DNA from: Acaryochloris thomasi RCC1774
GTDB taxonomy: Bacteria; Cyanobacteriota; Cyanobacteriia; Thermosynechococcales; Thermosynechococcaceae
Reading direction: 5' to 3'
DNA: 32,000 nt
Assembly: GCF_003231495.1 (NCBI RefSeq)
Contig: NZ_PQWO01000030.1
Coordinates: forward strand, 9,522 to 41,521
Shown: in pieces, positions 26,838-32,000 of the stretch
How positions within the stretch are numbered: the stretch's first letter is position 1
Layout: every line of letters begins with the position of its first letter
Program-made: the position numbers and the translations under genes
The notes under the pieces: generated by a model
Database searches by the model: none
What the model saw: only the letters and a program-made list of their open reading frames with translations
What the model was told of the DNA's origin: nothing

Positions 26838-27689
26838 TTAGCGAGCAATCTGCTGCTTGGCATACTTCCGTTTTAAGAATGCTCCTATTCCTAAAAGAGC
26901 GAGAGAGCCTAGCATCGTTGCAGGTTCTGGCACCTCAAAGGGTTCCCCAAGGCTGTAGGCTTGATCAAAGCTAACGGTCAGGCTATCTCCACTTGCAATC
27001 AGCTCACGCACACCGAGAGACACACCGATATCACCAATAGTGCCATTAGGATCGAAGGGATCGTTCGCAAAGAATTGATTGAGGTCCTCGCCACTGAATA
27101 TCCCCAAGTCATTGCTGTTGTAGCTGCTGGGTAAGCCACTAAACTCAACGGTGAAACCGTTGGGGCCAATTGATCTTGCCGTCCCGTTATCAATGTCGTT
27201 GCGAGTGCCAAAGAAAAAGAGCGGCTCTCCTGCAGCTTGATCGGGATCAAATGTGTCTGCTAAGGCAATAGTCAAATCCTGGCCAAAATTAGTCAATGTT
27301 GTTGTTGTTCTCAAGGTGTCAGCGCCACTGATTAGGGAGTAGTTGCGCTCCACACGAACCTTAGACCCTCCCGCAACATAATCTGCAAGGACGGAAACAC
27401 CGTTTCCATCGGCAGTGACTGACCGAACCCCAATGGGATTCCCGCCCGAAGTCGTATTTGAGCTGAAGGTGGACGTATCGGTATCAACCTGTAAAATCCA
27501 GTCAGACACAGGTGTGCCTGGGTTATAGAAATCACGTCCTCCGAACAACAGTGTGCCGATTGCGCCATTGTCTTCTCTAATATCAACAGAGAGATCGCCA
27601 TCCGTCAGGGTGATGGCGGTGGCTGATGTGGTTGAAGATGCGATTGCAGCAGCGAGAATAACGGAACTGAGGCCAACCTGTTTAAGCAT
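26838..27689 (-). CDS. PEP-CTERM sorting-signal protein (secreted, function unknown)
   Basis: 283 aa. The signal peptide is MLKQVGLSSVILAAAIASSTTSATA. The C-terminus is VPEPATMLGSLALLGIGAFLKRKY, i.e. a PEP motif, a TM helix and a basic tail. Confidence 0.85.
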   Translation of the reverse strand: MLKQVGLSSVILAAAIASSTTSATAITLTDGDLSVDIREDNGAIGTLLFGGRDFYNPGTPVSDWILQVDTDTSTFSSNTTSGGNPIGVRSVTADGNGVSVLADYVAGGSKVRVERNYSLISGADTLRTTTTLTNFGQDLTIALADTFDPDQAAGEPLFFFGTRNDIDNGTARSIGPNGFTVEFSGLPSSYNSNDLGIFSGEDLNQFFANDPFDPNGTIGDIGVSLGVRELIASGDSLTVSFDQAYSLGEPFEVPEPATMLGSLALLGIGAFLKRKYAKQQIAR

Positions 27690-27945
27690 AGATATTTAAG
27701 TTCCTGAAAATAGTGATACTGGAAAATCGAATTGCAGTGAGCGAAAATGCTATACCTCTGGAAGACTTTATCCGCGTCAGTGAACAAACTTCAAAAATCA
27801 CTGAGAAAGTTTAGAGTTGCCAGCCTAAACTACAGAACTCAATCCTTGCCACCCCGCTGTTTTGAGGATCCAGAGCATGGAATGCAGCACGTATTGAATA
27901 AGGTTGAAATCCATCTAAACGATGAGCATCTCTATTACTTAGTCT

Positions 27946-28959
27946 TTAAGCCTCGGGTTGCTCTCCTGTTACCTTGCCTCCAAATACAACGTACTGATAA
28001 ACGTTGTAAGCCAGCATAATTGGGATCAGGACACCGATGAATACCAACATAAAGACCAGTGAACTAAGAGCTGCCGACGCCTCATAAATTGTAATTTCTG
28101 TCGGAATAATATAGGGAAACACCACCAGCGCCAAGGCAACAAACGTCAACAAAAAGATCAAAATCGTCCATATAAACGGTGCGCGCTCTTTTCGCTGCTT
28201 AAGGCTGCGGAGCAGGAGACCAATCAACAATACACCTAGTGGCGGAATGACCGAAAAAATATAAACCTGAGGTGGGTTAAACAAGCGAATCCGAGCATAC
28301 TCAAAGAAGATTGGTGTCGTGATCGTGAGCGCTATGGCTCCCAACAAAGTTGTCCAGGCTGCAAGATTTGCCGTCCGGTAGTGGTTGGTTTGCAGCTCGC
28401 CCTCTGTTTTCGTAATTAGATAGGTAGACCCGATCAGCACATAGCCCTGAATTACCGTCAGTGCCATAACCACCGAAGGCAAACTGAGCCAGTCCCAAGT
28501 CGAACCAATAAAGTGACCTGCAGCATCGACTTTAATACCCGCTAAGACCCCTCCCAAAGCAAAACCTTGTCCCAGAGCAGCTAAAAAGCTCCCGCCTGCA
28601 AAAGCTAGATTCCAGAGGCGCTTATTGTCGGAGTGCTCCCTAAATTCAAAGGAGACAGCCCGAAAAATAAGGCCAAAAATCATCATCAAAATTGGAATAT
28701 AAAGCGCACTGAGAATAGTGGCATAGGCCAATGGAAAGGCCCCAAACAGTGCGCCACCCATCAGCACTAGCCAAGTCTCATTCGCATCCCAGACATTGCC
28801 AAGGCTAGTCATCAACATACCCCGACGTTCCTCCGTCGAAGCCGTCAGGGAGAGAATCCCTACTCCCAGATCAAACCCGTCCAGCATTACGTAGAGGAAC
28901 AAGAACAGCGCCAAGATGCCAAACCACACCTGTGGCAAAAAATAAGTCAACGTATCCAT
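27946..28959 (-). CDS. cydB: Cytochrome bd quinol oxidase subunit II
   Basis: 337 aa polytopic protein. The N-terminus is VWFGILALFLFLYVMLDGFDLGVGIL (CydB signature). It lies 21 nt downstream of cydA on the same strand. Confidence 0.9.
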   Translation of the reverse strand: MDTLTYFLPQVWFGILALFLFLYVMLDGFDLGVGILSLTASTEERRGMLMTSLGNVWDANETWLVLMGGALFGAFPLAYATILSALYIPILMMIFGLIFRAVSFEFREHSDNKRLWNLAFAGGSFLAALGQGFALGGVLAGIKVDAAGHFIGSTWDWLSLPSVVMALTVIQGYVLIGSTYLITKTEGELQTNHYRTANLAAWTTLLGAIALTITTPIFFEYARIRLFNPPQVYIFSVIPPLGVLLIGLLLRSLKQRKERAPFIWTILIFLLTFVALALVVFPYIIPTEITIYEASAALSSLVFMLVFIGVLIPIMLAYNVYQYVVFGGKVTGEQPEA

Positions 28960-28980
28960 GACAATTCCTGCGGTTGGTTC

Positions 28981-30426
28981 TTATTGTTGAGCTTCGACGG
29001 GGCGCTGATCGGGCACAAACTCTGCTGGAGTGCTATCCCCATCAGGATCGACTGTCACACCAGGAATGGGCAGGGATAGATTCGGACCTTCTCGCAGAAT
29101 GCGGCTGCCAAAGAACAAAGCTGAAATCAGCAGTAGCGTATAAACGCCTGTAAAAATTGAGAGCGATGCCAAAACATCACCCGGCGGCAAATTGGAAGCT
29201 GCTTCCGCCGTTCGAATTTGGCCATAGACAATCCACGGCTGACGCCCGACTTCCCGGACCGTCCAGCCGGTTTCCACCGCGATGTAGCCTAAAGGAGCCG
29301 CAAACATCCAGCTACGGAGGAGCCAGCGTTGCTGAGAGATCGCTTCGTCTGAGAGCTTTCCCCTCAGCCACTGCAGTACGCTCAAGGCCATCAGCGCAGC
29401 TAGGAATACACCAATCCCGGCCATGATTCGAAAGGAGTAGAAAATCAGACCTAACAGAGGGGGGCGATCGCTCGGCACCCATTCTTTCAAACCCAAGATA
29501 GGGGTGGGTAGCGTTGGCTTCAGTGCCAGGATGTAGCCTAAGCCTCCGGGCACATTCATCTCCCACTCATTGGTCTCGGCTTTGCCATTGGGCCATGCCA
29601 TCATGCTCCAGGGCGCAGGTTCTCCAGCTGGAATCGTCTCCCACCGTGCTTCAATGGCTGCTAACTTAGAAGGCTGATTTTCGTAAACCTGTTCCCCGCT
29701 GAGGTGCCCCACATAGATTTGTAAGGGCGCAACGGCAATGGTTGCCGCCAGCACGATTTTAAGAGACGTGGCAAAAAAAGCGGAGTGACGTTTGCTCAGA
29801 ATGTACCAAGCGCTGATGCCCCCAATCACAAATAGCGAGGTTTCCAGTGTGGCCAGAAACATATGAGACACGCTAACCAAGGCCGCCGGATTGAGAATGG
29901 CCTGAAAATAGTCTTGAACAATAAACTTACCGTCCACGAAATCGCCGCCATTGGGTGTCTGCATCCAGGAATTCGCCACCAGAATCCAGACAGTAGAAAG
30001 GTTGGCACCCAGGGCCACCATAATCGTTGCAATGTAGTGCATTACGGGCGGTACTCGGGTCCAGCCAAACAGCATAATGCCCAAAAATCCAGCCTCTAGC
30101 ATGAAGGCCATTGATGCTTCAAAACCCAGAATACTGCCAAAGAAATCACCGACAGATTCAGAAAAAGGCGCCCAGTTTGTCCCGAACTGAAACTCCATCG
30201 GCAGCCCTGTGGCGACGCCAATCCCAAAGTTTAGTAAGTAGATTTTTGCCCAGAAACGGGCGTGGTAGTAATAATCAGGATTTCGGGTTTTAAGCCATAG
30301 CCCCTCGACAATTACTAGATAAATACCCATGCCGGTGGTCAGAATTGGCCACAGCATATGAAAGATACTCGTCAGCGCAAACTGCATGCGCGACAGAACT
30401 ACAGTATCGGAAAAATGCTCAAACAT
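28981..30426 (-). CDS. cydA: Cytochrome bd quinol oxidase subunit I
   Basis: 481 aa. The N-terminus LSRMQFALTSIFHMLWPILTTGMGIYL carries the heme b558 His ligand region. GWTRVPP and the C-terminal EVGRQPWIVYG are conserved CydA motifs. Confidence 0.92.
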   Translation of the reverse strand: MFEHFSDTVVLSRMQFALTSIFHMLWPILTTGMGIYLVIVEGLWLKTRNPDYYYHARFWAKIYLLNFGIGVATGLPMEFQFGTNWAPFSESVGDFFGSILGFEASMAFMLEAGFLGIMLFGWTRVPPVMHYIATIMVALGANLSTVWILVANSWMQTPNGGDFVDGKFIVQDYFQAILNPAALVSVSHMFLATLETSLFVIGGISAWYILSKRHSAFFATSLKIVLAATIAVAPLQIYVGHLSGEQVYENQPSKLAAIEARWETIPAGEPAPWSMMAWPNGKAETNEWEMNVPGGLGYILALKPTLPTPILGLKEWVPSDRPPLLGLIFYSFRIMAGIGVFLAALMALSVLQWLRGKLSDEAISQQRWLLRSWMFAAPLGYIAVETGWTVREVGRQPWIVYGQIRTAEAASNLPPGDVLASLSIFTGVYTLLLISALFFGSRILREGPNLSLPIPGVTVDPDGDSTPAEFVPDQRPVEAQQ

Positions 30427-30558
30427 GGCGCTTCAGACCCTGCAGACTTCATTTGTCAGGATAACGAGTCTGATACGGACTGTGGGGATAAATTTGCTAT
30501 CTTCTCAGGTCGTACTCAGTAAACTTAACGATATTGGTAGCAGGGAGTCGAGAGCTGA

Positions 30559-30981
30559 ATGATGGATATTACTAAAGTTCCCTTTGTGAAATATACGGGA
30601 ATTCAATACGGTACCTCTGGTGTGTTGGAGCTAGAAGCTCGTGAACATCTTGAGAATCATATGGGAGCAGTGCACGCTAGCGCTCAATTCGCCTTGGCGG
30701 AAACAGCAAGTGGTGCCCACTTACAAACCCTCTTCCCTGAGTTAGTGGGCAAGGTTATTCCCTTACTGCGCGATGCCGCTATCAAGTTCAAGGCACCAGC
30801 AACGACATCCATCTCTGCCCATGTTTCTGCCGCCGAGGACTCAGTAGCAAGCTTCCAAAAGCAATTTCAAAGAAAGGGGCGAAGTTCAATAGAGGTCACC
30901 GTTGACCTAATTGACTCAAATAATTCAGTCACTTGTTCTTGCTTATTCAAATGGTTTATTCAGCGTATAGAGTCAGAATAA
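30559..30981 (+). CDS. Hotdog-fold thioesterase-like protein (PaaI / DUF4442 / YiiD C-terminal type)
   Basis: 140 aa. PFVKYTGIQ...LENHMGAVHASAQFALAETASG matches the hotdog central-helix motif of PaaI/DUF4442-type proteins (by eye). Confidence 0.55.
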   Translation: MMDITKVPFVKYTGIQYGTSGVLELEAREHLENHMGAVHASAQFALAETASGAHLQTLFPELVGKVIPLLRDAAIKFKAPATTSISAHVSAAEDSVASFQKQFQRKGRSSIEVTVDLIDSNNSVTCSCLFKWFIQRIESE

Positions 30982-31090
30982 CGATTTTCACTAATCTAAT
31001 TCTAATTAAGGGGCCGTACTACCTCTGAACAGCAAGAATACTTGAGCATATTCGATACAATATTGGCGAGCAGTGATATGAAGGTCAAGC

Positions 31091-31228
31091 ATGTTGACTG
31101 CCGAAGGAATCCTAGTTGGTTTTGCTCTAGGCTTTGTGTCTGGAGTCACTGTATCTGCCGGATGTCGAGATTTCCGTAGTTGGCGAGCGACAAGAGCAAG
31201 GCGTAAGCAAAGAAACAACAGATTTTGA
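31091..31228 (+). CDS. Candidate 45-aa single-pass membrane peptide
   Basis: ATG 31091 to TGA 31226-31228 gives MLTAEGILVGFALGFVSGVTVSAGCRDFRSWRATRARRKQRNNRF*. It has one clean TM helix followed by a strongly basic tail (positive-inside). It was not in the supplied track because it is under 60 aa. It competes with a 78-aa antisense ORF (31006-31242) that has no recognisable features. Confidence 0.3.
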   Translation: MLTAEGILVGFALGFVSGVTVSAGCRDFRSWRATRARRKQRNNRF

Positions 31229-31283
31229 AGGTCTTGCTTCATCTTTTTGGATTGTGCTCAAGCAACCACATATACCAGCCGTT

Positions 31284-31766
31284 TTACTGTTTCATTCTCA
31301 ACAGCTTCACAATTGGATCGGCCTCGCCCCGTCTCAGAGCATAATCTAGGGCCGTTCGATTCCATTGGTCGATCACGGTTTTGTCGGCTCCATGGTGGAG
31401 CAAAAGCTGGGCTATTTTTGTATGACCCTTCAGTGAGGCCAATATGAGCGGCGTGACGCCTTCTCGATCAATCCAGTTTACTTCTGCACCTGCGTCAATA
31501 AGTAGCTGCGCAATCTCTGTATAGCCATCACGTGCGGCATAGGTGAGAGCGGTGTTTGTGTTGTGTGTAGTATTCGGATCTGCATTGGATTGAAGATGCG
31601 ATCTCACCTCTCCCACGTCACCCGCTAGCGTCGCCTCTATAAGTGCTGGCTTTGTAGAGGCAGATTTTGAAGCAAAAGATTCTGGAGACCTAATTGCGAT
31701 ATCGCAACCCGCAGCACCTAAAAAGAGAAGAGGAACGGCGAACGCAGCGAAGCAACGAAAAAGCAT
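31284..31766 (-). CDS. Ankyrin-repeat lipoprotein
   Basis: 160 aa. The signal with lipobox is FAVPLLFLGAAGC. Three to four ankyrin repeats follow (TALTYAARDGYTEIAQLLIDAGAEVN; VTPLILASLKGHTKIAQLLLHHGADK; RTALDYALRRGEADPIVKLL). Confidence 0.85.
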   Translation of the reverse strand: MLFRCFAAFAVPLLFLGAAGCDIAIRSPESFASKSASTKPALIEATLAGDVGEVRSHLQSNADPNTTHNTNTALTYAARDGYTEIAQLLIDAGAEVNWIDREGVTPLILASLKGHTKIAQLLLHHGADKTVIDQWNRTALDYALRRGEADPIVKLLRMKQ

Positions 31767-31841
31767 GTGACCTGAAAATCTCTCCCTGTCTCGTTTCTGG
31801 AGCTTTAAACAGAACGAGAAAAAATATTTTCTAAAAAAAGC

Positions 31842-31870
31842 TTGACTTGCTCAAAAGAAGGGGTTACATT
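31842..31870 (+). promoter_or_regulatory. Strong sigma70-type promoter candidate with A/T-rich UP-like element; possibly an rrn-type promoter/leader
   Basis: TTGACT (31842-31847), a 17-nt spacer, then TACATT (31865-31870). It is preceded by aaaaaatattttctaaaaaaag. Downstream, aaagcgctcgagagaga...gaagcgctctgaacctagataagttaatag resembles cyanobacterial 16S leader sequences as I recall them. No gene lies downstream within the window. Confidence 0.35.
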
Positions 31871-32000
31871 GGCAAAGCGCTCGAGAGAGACACGTTTTTC
31901 GGAAGCGCTCTGAACCTAGATAAGTTAATAGTTTGAAAGCCATAATAGCACATATAAACCTCGTTCAAATGAACTAAGGAGTTGCTGTTTTACAGTAATT

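Noticed and set aside
27825-27914. 29-aa minus-strand ORF (MDFNLIQYVLHSMLWILKTAGWQGLSSVV) 31 nt downstream of cydB as a possible CydX-like subunit
   Set aside because: The hydrophobic stretch is too short and too interrupted by polar residues for a TM helix. It does not resemble the CydX sequences I recall.
31006-31242. 78-aa minus-strand ORF from the track
   Set aside because: It has no motif, and an Arg/Leu-rich composition typical of an antisense frame. The opposite-strand 45-aa TM peptide ORF is the more protein-like reading, although neither is proven.

Overview
This looks like a cyanobacterial chromosome segment. The HIP1 octamer GCGATCGC recurs (e.g. 6046-6053, 7514-7521, 9389-9396, 11180-11187), and the gene content fits: cyAbrB regulator, Ycf46-type AAA+ ATPase, PEP-CTERM protein, pentapeptide-repeat protein, TPR-CHAT proteins. 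I support about 27 protein-coding genes. I found no rRNA, tRNA or CRISPR array. Most genes are ordinary housekeeping or envelope genes: PBP4-type DD-peptidase, Dps, ABC1/UbiB kinase, cyAbrB, homoserine dehydrogenase, MltA-like transglycosylase, EamA transporter, cydAB, glycerophosphodiesterase and a metallophosphoesterase. The non-routine content is as follows. (1) Two paralogous ~930-aa TPR-CHAT (caspase-like) proteins, both with signal-peptide-like N-termini and intact His/Cys dyads. One sits in a low-GC module bounded by a decayed IS6-like transposase. The other is divergent from an operon encoding a Q-rich tandem-repeat coiled-coil protein and an Asp-nucleophile alpha/beta hydrolase. (2) Two transposase relics. 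(3) A ~0.5 kb extremely AT-rich gene-less stretch. (4) A 35-nt direct copy of the AAA+ gene 3' end in the adjacent spacer, plus an extremely acidic 87-aa ORF divergent from that AAA+ gene. (5) An rrn-type promoter/leader-like sequence at the right edge. I cannot demonstrate a complete, self-evident novel system from sequence alone. The CHAT-centred neighbourhoods (606-3771 and 9364-14088) are my best candidates and are flagged as hypotheses. All family calls rest on motifs read by eye in the translations; no searches were run.
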